The notes beneath the pieces were generated by a model, which was not told the DNA's origin, ran no database searches, and saw only the letters and a program-made list of their open reading frames with translations. From an uncultured Pseudomonadota bacterium (lineage in GTDB: Bacteria; Pseudomonadota; Gammaproteobacteria; Steroidobacterales; Steroidobacteraceae), in assembly GCA_963742045.1 (NCBI GenBank), contig CAVUKE010000001.1, forward strand, positions 55,873 to 119,872: DNA of 64,000 nucleotides, written 5' to 3'. How positions within the stretch are numbered: the stretch's first letter is position 1; each line of letters starts with the position of its first letter. A program made the translations under genes and the position numbers. Positions 26,869 to 36,255 of this stretch are shown piece by piece.

Positions 26869-27650
26869 TAGGGCATGACGCCGATGCAGTCGGATTTCCT
26901 CAGGAGCACACGGTTGGTGAGGATCGACACCGACTCGATGAGGTTCTTAGGCACCATCGCCCCGGCCTCGACGAAGGCACGCTCGATCTGGCGCCGCAGC
27001 GTGGTCTCTGGCAAGGGCATGAGCCACGGCTCTTGCACCAAGTCGCGCAAACCCAGACGGCGCTTGCGCGTGAGCGGGTGGCCGCGCCGCGTGACCAGAC
27101 ACACCGGCTCGGTGTAGAACTCCTCGTACACCAGCTCGCTGCTGCGCCCCTCTTCGGGCAGCCGCCCGAGCACCATGTCCAGATCCCCGGCGAGGAGCGA
27201 TGGCATGAGGATGTCGTACGTGCCCACCGCCACACTGATCGCCACCCCCGGGCGCTCCTTCTTCAGCCGCGCGATGGCGTCCGGCAGGATGCTCGCCGAG
27301 GCGGCGAGCAGCGTCCCGACCGAGACCTTGCCGCTGTAGCCGGCGCGCAGGCCCTCGAGTTCTTCGGCCGCATGGCGCAGCTGCGCCAACACGATTTTGG
27401 CGTGCCGCGCAAAGATCTCCCCGTAGGGGGTGGGCTTCAGGCCGCGGTTGCTGCGTTCGAACAAGGGCAGACTGAGGGTCGCTTCGATGTCCTGAAGCGC
27501 CTTGGTCACGGTCGGCTGACTCAGATTCAGCCGCCTGGCGGCCTTGAGGACGCTGCGGCAGTCGTAGACCTCGGCGATCAGCTCGACGTGCCGCAGGCGG
27601 AACTTGCGCGTGATCCAGCGCTCCAGACGTGCCGAGCTCATGCGCGCCAT
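26688..27650 (-). CDS. LysR-family transcriptional regulator
   Basis: N-terminal HTH (LRHVELIAEVYDCRSVLKAARRLNLSQPTVTKALQDIE) plus a LysR substrate-binding domain. Confidence 0.9.
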   Translation of the reverse strand: MARMSSARLERWITRKFRLRHVELIAEVYDCRSVLKAARRLNLSQPTVTKALQDIEATLSLPLFERSNRGLKPTPYGEIFARHAKIVLAQLRHAAEELEGLRAGYSGKVSVGTLLAASASILPDAIARLKKERPGVAISVAVGTYDILMPSLLAGDLDMVLGRLPEEGRSSELVYEEFYTEPVCLVTRRGHPLTRKRRLGLRDLVQEPWLMPLPETTLRRQIERAFVEAGAMVPKNLIESVSILTNRVLLRKSDCIGVMPYHVALDDVEHGLLAILPVKLKSIEGPVGAILRAPGELPPAARAFLECLRVAARDVPTPKL

Positions 27651-27695
27651 TCTGGCACGAGAGCGCCGTCGCCCGCAGGGCCGGCTGCGCCTGCC

Positions 27696-28730
27696 TCAGG
27701 CGCTGCGGCGCGTGATGCGCGAATCCGCGCGCGCTTCGTTGAGGCCGAAGAAGTGCATCGCGTTCGAGTGCAGCAGCCGCTCACGCGTCGCAGGCGAGAG
27801 GTCCGCGTTTGAGCGGATGAGTTGGCCGACCTGCTGCTCGCCCAGCGGATAAGGGAAGTCCGAGCCGAGCATCACGCGCTCCTCACCCATCGTCTTCACC
27901 AGAAACGTGAGGGCATCGCCGCTGAAGACCGCGGCATCGACGGAAAAGCGATCCACGTACGAGGATGGCAGCCGCGGGCAGTCCTCGCGCACGATATCGC
28001 GATTGCGCCAGGCGTTATCCACGCGTCCCAGCAGATACGGGAAGCTGCCGCCGCCGTGCGCAAAGCACAGCTTGAGTGAGCGCGGCAGGCGCTCGAACGC
28101 GCCGGAGAGGATCAGCCACAGAATCGACAGCTGCGTCTCCGCAGGCATCGCCACCAGCCACGGCAGCTGGTACTTGCGCATGCGCTCGGGTGCCATCATG
28201 TCCCAGGGATGCACGAACACCGCCGCGCCTTCGGCGGCGCAGTGCTGCAGAAAGGTGATGATCTGCTCGTCGTGGATGTCGCGCGCGCCGACGTGGTTGC
28301 CGATGTGCACGCCCACGTGACCATCGGCCATGGCGCGGCTGACTTCGCGGCAGGCACGCTCGGTATCCTGCAGCGGCACCTGGCACAGCGACTTCAGGCG
28401 CCGCGGATCGCGCGCGCAGATCTCGCGCGCCGCATCGTTGAAGATGCGCGCCACCTCCAGCGCCTGTGCCGCCGGGCGCTGATAGCAGAACAGCACCGGG
28501 GTGGCGCACATGATCTGCACGTCGACGCCGTCGCGATCCATCGCCTCCAGGCGCATGTCCGCGTCCCAGCAAGCCGCGCTCACCGGACGGAACTCCTGCT
28601 CGCCGAGCATGAGCATCGCTTTGCCGGCACCCAGGTGTTTCATCCACGGCCAGTCGGGCGTGCCGAAGCGCGCCGCAAGGTCCGGCCAGGTGCGTGGCAG
28701 GAAGTGGGTATGAATATCAACAACGCTCAC
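27696..28730 (-). CDS. Amidohydrolase_2 family, 2-amino-3-carboxymuconate-6-semialdehyde decarboxylase (ACMSD)-like
   Basis: MSVVDIHTHFLP...VFVHPWDMM...CFAHGGGSFPYLLGRVDNAW...LGSDFPYPLGE. The metal ligands and overall pattern match ACMSD/NbaD. Confidence 0.8.
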   Translation of the reverse strand: MSVVDIHTHFLPRTWPDLAARFGTPDWPWMKHLGAGKAMLMLGEQEFRPVSAACWDADMRLEAMDRDGVDVQIMCATPVLFCYQRPAAQALEVARIFNDAAREICARDPRRLKSLCQVPLQDTERACREVSRAMADGHVGVHIGNHVGARDIHDEQIITFLQHCAAEGAAVFVHPWDMMAPERMRKYQLPWLVAMPAETQLSILWLILSGAFERLPRSLKLCFAHGGGSFPYLLGRVDNAWRNRDIVREDCPRLPSSYVDRFSVDAAVFSGDALTFLVKTMGEERVMLGSDFPYPLGEQQVGQLIRSNADLSPATRERLLHSNAMHFFGLNEARADSRITRRSA

Positions 28731-28773
28731 ATGGTTCTCCTAAAGTCGCGACGGCGTGCCCGGGCACACGCTC

Positions 28774-29205
28774 TCATTCGCGTTTCTGCGGACGGTAGGC
28801 CACGACCTTGATCTCGATGAGCAGCTGCGGATGCGGCAGCTGCGCCACGGCAACCGTAGTGCGCGAGGGTCCCTCATAGCCGAAAAACTCGCTATACGCC
28901 TCGTTGTAGCCGGCAAAGTCGGCCATGCTGACGAGGTAGCTGCTGACCTCGACCACATCCGCGAGCGCCGCCCCCGCGCTCACGAGAATGTCACGTATGT
29001 TCTCGAGCACCGCACGCGTCTGGGCGCGGATGTCGAGCACATCCGTGCCATCCGCCCCGCGCTGCGCCCCGGCGATGGAGTCATCCGGCCGCCGCGAACT
29101 TGTGCCCGAGACGAAGATGAAATCCCCGGCGCGCCGAAAGTGCGGAAAGCTGCCGCGTGGCCTGGCCTTGCCCGCGACAACGCCACTCGCCGCGCGGCCG
29201 CTCAC
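28774..29205 (-). CDS. RidA/YjgF-family deaminase (2-aminomuconate deaminase-like)
   Basis: 143 aa. ...[11 protein letters not shown]...[13 protein letters not shown]...VVEVSSYL...[24 protein letters not shown]. Overlaps the upstream gene by 4 nt. Confidence 0.75.
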   Translation of the reverse strand: MSGRAASGVVAGKARPRGSFPHFRRAGDFIFVSGTSSRRPDDSIAGAQRGADGTDVLDIRAQTRAVLENIRDILVSAGAALADVVEVSSYLVSMADFAGYNEAYSEFFGYEGPSRTTVAVAQLPHPQLLIEIKVVAYRPQKRE

Positions 29206-29987
29206 GCGCGCACCTCAAGCTGCGCGGTGCCTAAAGACTCGACGGCGACGCTGACACGGGTGCCCGGGAGGAGCGCCCGGGCGGCCGTCGCGCCTCCTGC
29301 CAGCACCAGCCAGCCGGCCTCGAGGGTGAACTCGGACTGCGCCGCCAGGCGCGCAGCGGCCATGAGCGAGCGCACCGGATCGCCCATGATGTCCGCCGAG
29401 CTGCCCGATTCGAGCACCCGGTCATCAAAGGCGAGGGTGATGGGCAGATTCGTCAGATCCGCCGGCAGCGCGCGCCATTCGCCGATGACGAACGCGGCGG
29501 AGGATGAGTTGTCGGCGATCACGTCCGGCAACGAGAAGCGAAAGTCCCGGTAGCGGCTGTCGATCACCTCCAGCGCCGGGGCCACCGCGCCGATCGCTGC
29601 GCGTGCTTCCTCGGCACTGACGGCACCGCGCAGCGGTGCCTCGAGGAGAAATGCCAGCTCCGGCTCGATGCGCGGATGGATGAAGTGCGACAGCTCGAGG
29701 GTCGCGCCGCAGCCGATGCGCATCGCATCCGTCAGGCGCCCGAAGATAAGATCGCCGATCTTCATCTGCGCGCGTTTCGCCTCGCTGGTGAAACCCATCT
29801 TGAGGCCGACGAGCTGCTCACCGCGCGTTGCGCGCAGCCGCAGCAGCTGCGCCTGCACGCGGTAGGCTTGCACGAGCGTGAGCTCATCGCCCTGCTGCGC
29901 AAGCTGTGGCACCGGGGCACGTGCGAGCGCGGCCTCATCCAGCCGGCGCGCGATGCGCTCGCAGGTTTGCGCGAACGTGTCGTTCAA
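29202..29987 (-). CDS. 2-oxopent-4-enoate hydratase / 4-oxalocrotonate decarboxylase family protein
   Basis: 261 aa of the MhpD/XylI/AmnE-F family (...[12 protein letters not shown]...VGLKMGFTS...PRIEPELAF...). Confidence 0.8.
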   Translation of the reverse strand: MNDTFAQTCERIARRLDEAALARAPVPQLAQQGDELTLVQAYRVQAQLLRLRATRGEQLVGLKMGFTSEAKRAQMKIGDLIFGRLTDAMRIGCGATLELSHFIHPRIEPELAFLLEAPLRGAVSAEEARAAIGAVAPALEVIDSRYRDFRFSLPDVIADNSSSAAFVIGEWRALPADLTNLPITLAFDDRVLESGSSADIMGDPVRSLMAAARLAAQSEFTLEAGWLVLAGGATAARALLPGTRVSVAVESLGTAQLEVRA

Positions 29988-29995
29988 GCTGCGCC

Positions 29996-31486
29996 TCAGA
30001 GCTTCACGCAGACGTTCATGCTCTCGGAGAAGAAGGCGAGCGAGTGCTCGCCGCCTTCGCTGCCGATGCCGGAGAGCTTCACGCCGCCAAACGGCACGCG
30101 CAGGTCGCGCAGGTACCAGTCATTCACCCAGGCGGTGCCGACTTCCATCTGCCGCGCCACGCGGTGCGCGCGCGAGAGGTTCTGCGTCCACACCGCCGCG
30201 CACAGTCCGTAGCGGGTGTCGTTCGCGAGCCGCACGGCCTCTTCTTCGGCATCAAAGGGCGCCACATGACAGACCGGCCCGAAGATCTCCTCCTTGACGC
30301 AGCGGGCAGTCTCGGCGAGGCCTGCGAGCACGGTCGGCTCAATGAAGGCGCCGCCGTCCCGCGCATCGCCGAATCGAGGTACGCCGCCGCCGCAGAGGAT
30401 CTCGCCGCGCTCCGCGCGCGCGAGCTCATAGTAGGAGAGCACCTTGTCGCGGTGCGCACGCGAGATGAGCGGTCCTAAGTCGGCTTCCTCGTACGGACCG
30501 CCGATCCTCAAGGCACGCGCGCGCTGCACGAGGCCTGCCACGAAGCGCTCAAAGATGGGCCGCTCGACATACACGCGCTCCGAGCACAGGCACACCTGGC
30601 CGCAGTTGGAGAACACCGAGCGCATCGTGCCCGCGAGCGCCGCCTCGAAATCCGCATCGGCAAACACCAGCGCCGCATTCTTTCCGCCAAGCTCAAAGGA
30701 CAGCCCCTTCACCGAAGGGGCCGCACTCTTCATGATCGCCGCCCCGGTCGCGGTCTCGCCGGTAAAGGCGACGGCGTTCACCTGCGGGTGGCTCACCAGC
30801 GCCTCGCCGGTGGAGTTGGGTCCGAAGCCATGCACGACGTTGAACACGCCGGCCGGCATGCCGACCTCCTGCATGACCTGCGCCAGCAACACGGCGGTGG
30901 AGGGGGTCTCCTCGGAGGGCTTGACGATCACCGCGTTGCCGCAGGCGAGCGCCGGGGCGACTTTCCAGGTCATGAGCAGAAACGGCAGATTCCACGGCAC
31001 GATCACCGCCACGACGCCGACGGGTTTGTGCACGGCGTAGTTGAGTGCCCCGCGCCCATCCGGCGTGGCCGTCTCGAAGCACTCCGAGCCGCGGCCCAGG
31101 GCAAGGTCCGCGTAAGCGCGAAAGTTGGCCGCCCCGCGCGGGATGTCGAGCGTGCGGGCCTGTTTTTGTGGCTTGCCGGTATCGGCAATCTCGGCAGCGA
31201 GGAACTCCTCGAAACGCTGCTCGATGCGCTCGGCCACCCTGCGCAGCAGCGCCGCACGCTCGGCGACTGACATGCCTCCCCACGGGCCGCGCAGCGCGGC
31301 GCGCGCTGCAAGCGCTGCGCGATCCACGAGCGCCGCATCCGCTTCCGTGACGGTGCAGATCAGCTGCCCGGTCACCGGGTTTACGTTCTCAAAGACGCGA
31401 CCGTCGCTGATGAATTCGCCGCCGATGAAGCAGGGCAGCTGCCGCGCAGTCATCGGGTAGGAATCGGCCGCCGTTAGTGTGCGCAT
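29996..31486 (-). CDS. NAD+-dependent aldehyde dehydrogenase (2-aminomuconate / 2-hydroxymuconate semialdehyde dehydrogenase-like)
   Basis: 496 aa. ALDH motifs FELGGKNA and NCGQVCLCSERVYV (catalytic Cys). Lies at the head of the ACMSD gene string. Confidence 0.9.
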   Translation of the reverse strand: MRTLTAADSYPMTARQLPCFIGGEFISDGRVFENVNPVTGQLICTVTEADAALVDRAALAARAALRGPWGGMSVAERAALLRRVAERIEQRFEEFLAAEIADTGKPQKQARTLDIPRGAANFRAYADLALGRGSECFETATPDGRGALNYAVHKPVGVVAVIVPWNLPFLLMTWKVAPALACGNAVIVKPSEETPSTAVLLAQVMQEVGMPAGVFNVVHGFGPNSTGEALVSHPQVNAVAFTGETATGAAIMKSAAPSVKGLSFELGGKNAALVFADADFEAALAGTMRSVFSNCGQVCLCSERVYVERPIFERFVAGLVQRARALRIGGPYEEADLGPLISRAHRDKVLSYYELARAERGEILCGGGVPRFGDARDGGAFIEPTVLAGLAETARCVKEEIFGPVCHVAPFDAEEEAVRLANDTRYGLCAAVWTQNLSRAHRVARQMEVGTAWVNDWYLRDLRVPFGGVKLSGIGSEGGEHSLAFFSESMNVCVKL

Positions 31487-31822
31487 CGGTCCTTGGGGGG
31501 TGACTTAATCCCTCGCGCCGCTTGCGGGCCGGCGCTGCTGTGCGCGGATTCTAGAGAGACATCATGCTTAAAGAATAATCGAATTTTGTCTCCCTGATAT
31601 TCCTTTATCCTATATCAAAGAATTCCATTAATTTGCAGCAATGCATGGCACGGCACCGCGCCCTGTCCCCATAATTGCGTCCACAGCGATCGGCCCCGTG
31701 CCCTGAAGCGCTATCCGTCAACCGGCGGCTCTCTTGCCCGTTGAGCGGGAGTGTGTTGCGCGGCAGACACCCGGCGCTGCCCTGGGAGGCTGCCCGCCTC
31801 GCTGCAGCCCGCGACTTAAGGA

Positions 31823-32497
31823 GTGAGTAACACCATGTCCGCCCGCATCAGATTCCTCGCGCTCGTGGCGCTCGCCTGTTTTGCTCCAGCCGCCTTCGCC
31901 CAGGGCTACTACAGCCTGCCGGACTCACGTCCGGTACGTTTCTATGTCATGGGTGGCTTCAACCAGCCGGCCGGCGGCGCCAACGATATTCTGCAGGGCG
32001 GCTGGGATGTCGGCGTGGGGGTAGCGTTCCGCCAGCCCGACAGCCCGCTGTCGCTGCGTCTGGAGATCAATTACGCCAATAATAATGCGACCAACGCGCT
32101 GATCGGTCAGGGCCAGCAGCAAACGGGCCTGCAGATTACCGGAGGCTATGCGGATCTGGTCTGGGGCACGGCAAACGCGGAGTACCAGTTCCCCATCTCC
32201 CCGGGTATCCACGGTTACGTGGTGGGCGGCGTCGGCGCCTACTACACCCAAATCTCACTCACCGAATACGGCTACGGCTACGTGTGCAACCCCTGGTGGG
32301 GCTACTGTTATTTCGGCAGCGGTGATGCCGTGGTCGCCCAGCACGACGTGACGAAGTTCGGCTGGAATGCGGGGCTCGGGGTTTCCTTCCGGCTGCGCGG
32401 CGGCACGGTGCTGTTCGTGGAGTCGCGCTACAACGCGGTACAGATGCCGCAACAGACCTTCGAGTTCGTACCGATCAATATCGGGGTAAAGTTCTAG
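31823..32497 (+). CDS. Outer-membrane beta-barrel protein (OmpW/OmpA-barrel-like)
   Basis: Signal peptide ...CFAPAAFA-QGYY, alternating amphipathic strands, and a terminal ...PINIGVKF with C-terminal Phe. AAGGAG lies upstream. Confidence 0.7.
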   Translation: MSNTMSARIRFLALVALACFAPAAFAQGYYSLPDSRPVRFYVMGGFNQPAGGANDILQGGWDVGVGVAFRQPDSPLSLRLEINYANNNATNALIGQGQQQTGLQITGGYADLVWGTANAEYQFPISPGIHGYVVGGVGAYYTQISLTEYGYGYVCNPWWGYCYFGSGDAVVAQHDVTKFGWNAGLGVSFRLRGGTVLFVESRYNAVQMPQQTFEFVPINIGVKF

Positions 32498-32542
32498 GCA
32501 CCGCCGCCTGGCGCCTGCACGCTCGATCGGCACCCGCTGCCG

Positions 32543-32908
32543 CTAGCGTTTCGACAGGTGCACTGAGGCGCGTTCGTCCACGGTGTAAAAGCGCGTATAG
32601 GCGCGGTCGAAGACGTTTTCCTCGTCCGCCGCGATGCGCTGCGCATTCACCGGGTCGGTAAATGCGGCCATCGCCGCCGCGAACGCGGCCTCATCCGGAT
32701 ACCACAGCTCCGTGACCACGTCGAAGTCCAGCGTCGTCGCCCCCGGGGCTAGGATAGCGCCCTCCTCGATGAGGAAGTTGCGCCGGTAATCGCAGATCTG
32801 CGGCGCGATCGAGAGGATCAGTGGCGCGTGGCGGGTCTCGTAGTAACGGATGAAGGCCTCGCGCGAGAGACCGGCCTTGCGCTTGAGGAATGCGATTGTC
32901 TTGATCAT
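32543..32908 (-). CDS. EthD-domain protein
   Basis: 121 aa. MIKTIAFLKRKAGLSREAFIRYYETRHAPL...FDVVTELWYPDEAAF... is the typical EthD pattern. Confidence 0.8.
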   Translation of the reverse strand: MIKTIAFLKRKAGLSREAFIRYYETRHAPLILSIAPQICDYRRNFLIEEGAILAPGATTLDFDVVTELWYPDEAAFAAAMAAFTDPVNAQRIAADEENVFDRAYTRFYTVDERASVHLSKR

Positions 32909-32929
32909 TGCCCTGAGTTCCTTGCGCGG

Positions 32930-33829
32930 TCAGCGCACTTTGCGCAGTACCGCCTCGCTGTAACGCTCCAACGCCCGCTTCTTGACCGCAAGCTGCGACA
33001 TGTCCTCGCCCGCCTGGAGCCAGGACTGAACGTCCCAGGGTGAGGGCAACCAGGGCGCGATGACGACGAGGTCGTGCACCCCGAGTTCCTGCACTGCGTC
33101 CACGGCGGCCTGCGTGACCGGTTCGGCGAGCGGCAGGCCCACTTCGAAGCCACTCTGCGGCAGTCCGGCGTCGCGGCGCATGATGCGAATCGCTGCGAGC
33201 GCTGTGTCCGTTTGCGCCACGGTCATCGGCAGGGGTAACCAGCCGTCGTTGCGCGCCGCGCGACGCATCGCCGGCGCAGCCGCGCCGCCGCACCAGATGC
33301 GTACCGGCTCGCGCGGTACCGGGCGCATGATGCCCTCGAAGCGAAAGAGCGGACCGTCGTGTTTCACCGATTGCCCGGTCAGAAGCTTGCGCAGGATCAC
33401 GAGCGTCTCGTCCAGGCGCCGGCCACGCAGCTCGAAATCCACCCCCGCCGCCTGGTACTCCTCCATGAGCCAGCCGGCCGATACGCCGCAGATCACGCGG
33501 TCCTGGGTGAGCACGGCGGCGGTGGCCACGCTCTTGGTTACGCTGAGCGGGTCGCGCAGCGCCGCCAGATAGATGTTGGAGGCGAAACGCAGCCGCCGCG
33601 TGCTGGCGCCGAGGTGCGCAAACAGCACCCACGGATCCGGCCACGGGGTATCGGGTGGCACGAAGATCTTGCCGTCCGGGGAGTACGGATACGGGGTCGT
33701 GATGTGCGCCGGCCAGATCAGGTGATCCCCGACCATCAGCCCATAGAAGCCCAGTTCCTCCGCGAAGCGTGCCAGCTCCGGCAACTGCTCCGTTTCCCGT
33801 ACTGCCACCAGCGATAACCAGAACTTCAT
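32930..33829 (-). CDS. Luciferase-like (LLM-class) flavin/F420-type oxidoreductase
   Basis: MKFWLSLVAV...ARFAEELGFYGLMVGDHLIWP...YPYSPDGK... About 40 % identical by eye to ORF 35294-36166. Start at ATG 33829 overlaps the upstream gene stop (ATGA). Confidence 0.85.
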   Translation of the reverse strand: MKFWLSLVAVRETEQLPELARFAEELGFYGLMVGDHLIWPAHITTPYPYSPDGKIFVPPDTPWPDPWVLFAHLGASTRRLRFASNIYLAALRDPLSVTKSVATAAVLTQDRVICGVSAGWLMEEYQAAGVDFELRGRRLDETLVILRKLLTGQSVKHDGPLFRFEGIMRPVPREPVRIWCGGAAAPAMRRAARNDGWLPLPMTVAQTDTALAAIRIMRRDAGLPQSGFEVGLPLAEPVTQAAVDAVQELGVHDLVVIAPWLPSPWDVQSWLQAGEDMSQLAVKKRALERYSEAVLRKVR

Positions 33830-34359
33830 GGCTGACCGTACTCCCGGCGAAAAAACGACAAGGCAAGATACGACGGATCCTCGAGATCGGTGCGCCCCGC
33901 GGGCGCGCCGGCGGCAAACTCCTGATAAGCGGCCGGATCGACCGGCTCGAGGCGGCAGTAATCCAGGGCGAGGGAGCGGCGCCAGAACTTCCACACGCCC
34001 GCGCGACGCTCATACTGATCAAGATAGCGTCCGCCGATCACGATGTCGCGCGGCTGCGGCGGGTGCGTGCGGTGGTAGGCCTGCGTGTACAGCTCCCCTT
34101 GCGCGTGCTCGCCGGCGATGACAAACAGGGCATTGCTGATCGAATGCACGGTGGCGGCAAAGTTGGCGAGCACCCCCGGCAGCCACGCCACGTACGCATC
34201 CGCGGAGCCCCGGAACATCGCGCCGTGATCATCGATCGCATCATCGTGATAGAGGCTGCGCAGCAAGGCGAAGTCACGGCGGTCGCAGGCGCGGCAGTAG
34301 GTCAGCACCAGCTCGTGCAACGCCTGCTTGTCGATGAGCTGCTGCAGCGGATCCCCCAT
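33826..34359 (-). CDS. SnoaL_4/NTF2-like protein
   Basis: 177 aa. IDKQALHELVLTYCRACDRRDFALLRSLYHDDAIDDHG...GRYLDQYERRAGVWKFWRR. Confidence 0.8.
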   Translation of the reverse strand: MGDPLQQLIDKQALHELVLTYCRACDRRDFALLRSLYHDDAIDDHGAMFRGSADAYVAWLPGVLANFAATVHSISNALFVIAGEHAQGELYTQAYHRTHPPQPRDIVIGGRYLDQYERRAGVWKFWRRSLALDYCRLEPVDPAAYQEFAAGAPAGRTDLEDPSYLALSFFRREYGQP

Positions 34360-34541
34360 GTGCCCCCCGCGCCCGCTGAGGATGAAAGGCGGCCGCTAGC
34401 GTACCCGGTTTGGCCGGGTTACCGTCATCATGCATATGGGGTAACACGGTGCTGCGTCTCACGCATTTGGGCGATGCGCGGGCGGGAGGGTTCCCGCACG
34501 GTGCAGCGCCAACCCCCCGAACAGCCCGCGCGGAGGCGAGA

Positions 34542-35297
34542 ATGATCGACGTCTACGGCATGAGCAGCCCGAACGTGGTGAAGATCACCATCATGCTCGA
34601 GGAACTCGCCCTGCCCTACCGCACGCACCACATCAACGTCTTCGCGGGCGATCAGTACGACGCCGAATTCCTCAAGATCAGCCCGAACAACAAGGTGCCG
34701 GTGATCGTCGATGCGGACGGGCCGGACGCGCGCCCGCTCGCGGTGTTTGAAAGCGGCGCCATCCTCATCTATCTCGCCGAGAAGAGCGGCCGGCTCCTGC
34801 CCCGTGAGGGCGCCCGCCGCGCCGCCGCGCTCGAGTGGCTCATGCTGCAGCTCACCGGCGTGGGTCCCATGTTCGGGCAGCTGGTGCACTTCACCCGCTA
34901 CGCGCCCGCCGGCAATGGCTACAGCCTCAAACGCTACACGAGCGAGGTGCGTCGCCTCTTCGGTGTGCTGGACCGGCGCCTGTCGCACAGCGCCTACCTC
35001 GGGGGGGAGGACTATTCGATCGCCGATGTGGCGACCTGGCCCTGGATCCGCACCGCGAGCACGATCTACCCTTGGCTGGTGCAGGCGGCCGCGGCCGGGG
35101 ATGCCCTGGGCGAGTGGCCCGCACTCGGGCGCTGGTTCCGCACCATCGCGGCGCGAGCCGCGGTCGAGCGCGGCGTCGCGAGCGGCGAGCGCTTTCTTGA
35201 GCGTGACAAGACCGCTTTCGGCAGCGCCGATCCGGAAGCGTTCGACCGGTTTTTCAATCGCGGCAAGTACGCGCGCTCAGGGGACGGGCAGTCATGA
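34542..35297 (+). CDS. Glutathione S-transferase (YfcG/Nu-like)
   Basis: MIDVYGMSSPNVVKITIMLEELALPYRTHHINVFAGDQYDAEFLKISPNNKVPVIVD...ESGAILIYLAEK. GGAGG lies upstream of ATG 34542. Confidence 0.9.
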   Translation: MIDVYGMSSPNVVKITIMLEELALPYRTHHINVFAGDQYDAEFLKISPNNKVPVIVDADGPDARPLAVFESGAILIYLAEKSGRLLPREGARRAAALEWLMLQLTGVGPMFGQLVHFTRYAPAGNGYSLKRYTSEVRRLFGVLDRRLSHSAYLGGEDYSIADVATWPWIRTASTIYPWLVQAAAAGDALGEWPALGRWFRTIAARAAVERGVASGERFLERDKTAFGSADPEAFDRFFNRGKYARSGDGQS

Positions 35298-36166
35298 AAT
35301 TCTGGCAGATGCTGACCTGGATGGAGCCGGAGCAGATCCTGGACGTCGCCCGCTTTGCCGAGGAAGTCGGCTTCGAGGGGGTGATGCTCGGAGATCACGG
35401 CGTGTTCCCGCTCGAGGTGAAGGCCCCGTACCCGTATTCGGCCGACGGCAAGCCGCCGATGGCCGCGGACGCCTGGTATCCGGATTGTTGGGCCACGATC
35501 GGCGCGATCAGCGCCGTCACGCGCCGCATCCGCTTCGCCGTCGCCGTCTACGTGCTGCCGCTGCGCAACATCTTCGAGGTCGCACGCGCCACCGGCACGC
35601 TCGCGATCCTCAGCAACAATCGCTTCATTCTTGGCGCCGGCATTGGCTGGATGAAGGACGAGTTCGACATATACGGCGTCGACTTTCACACGCGCGGCAA
35701 GCGCTTCGATGAGCAGCTCGAGGTGCTGCGCAAGCTCTGGGGCGGCGGAATGGTGCAGCATCACGGTGCGCTCATCGACTTTCCCTCGCTGCAGATCTCG
35801 CCCGCTCCGCAGCGCACGGTGCCTATCTTTACCGGCGGTGTTGCGCCGGTGGCCTTGAAGCGCGCCGCCCTCAAGGCCGACGGCTGGATCGGCGCCGGCA
35901 ATACGCCCGAGGAAGTCCCGGGGCTGCTCGCCGAGTTCCGCCGCCTGCGCAGCGAGGCCGGCCGCGAGCAGGTGCCGTTCGAGACGGTGATCGGTCTTTC
36001 CACGCCGCCGGATCTGGCGACCTTCCAGCGCCTGGATGAGGCGGGCATGAGCGGTGGGGTGAGCTACCCGTTCACCTTCACGGCCGGCCAGCGCTCGAGC
36101 CTCGATGACAAGAAGCGCGTGATGGAGGATTTCGCGCGCCGCTTCATTCGTCCGCTCGGCGGCTGA
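35294..36166 (+). CDS. Luciferase-like (LLM-class) oxidoreductase, paralogue of 32930-33829
   Basis: MKFWQMLTWMEPEQILDVARFAEEVGFEGVMLGDHGVFP...YPYSADGK... ATGA overlap with the GST gene. Confidence 0.85.
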   Translation: MKFWQMLTWMEPEQILDVARFAEEVGFEGVMLGDHGVFPLEVKAPYPYSADGKPPMAADAWYPDCWATIGAISAVTRRIRFAVAVYVLPLRNIFEVARATGTLAILSNNRFILGAGIGWMKDEFDIYGVDFHTRGKRFDEQLEVLRKLWGGGMVQHHGALIDFPSLQISPAPQRTVPIFTGGVAPVALKRAALKADGWIGAGNTPEEVPGLLAEFRRLRSEAGREQVPFETVIGLSTPPDLATFQRLDEAGMSGGVSYPFTFTAGQRSSLDDKKRVMEDFARRFIRPLGG

Positions 36167-36255
36167 GGCGGTGGGCCGCGACCGGAACGGGCCGGCGGTG
36201 GCCAAAGGAACGACTCGCCGCCGCTGCACGGCGGCGAGCGTGGCGCGCCGTTTCT

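Noticed and set aside
31644-31662. TGGCACGGCACCGCG as a sigma-54 -24 element upstream of the OMP gene
   Set aside because: There is no TTGC at the required spacing, and the GC dinucleotide is displaced by one position.
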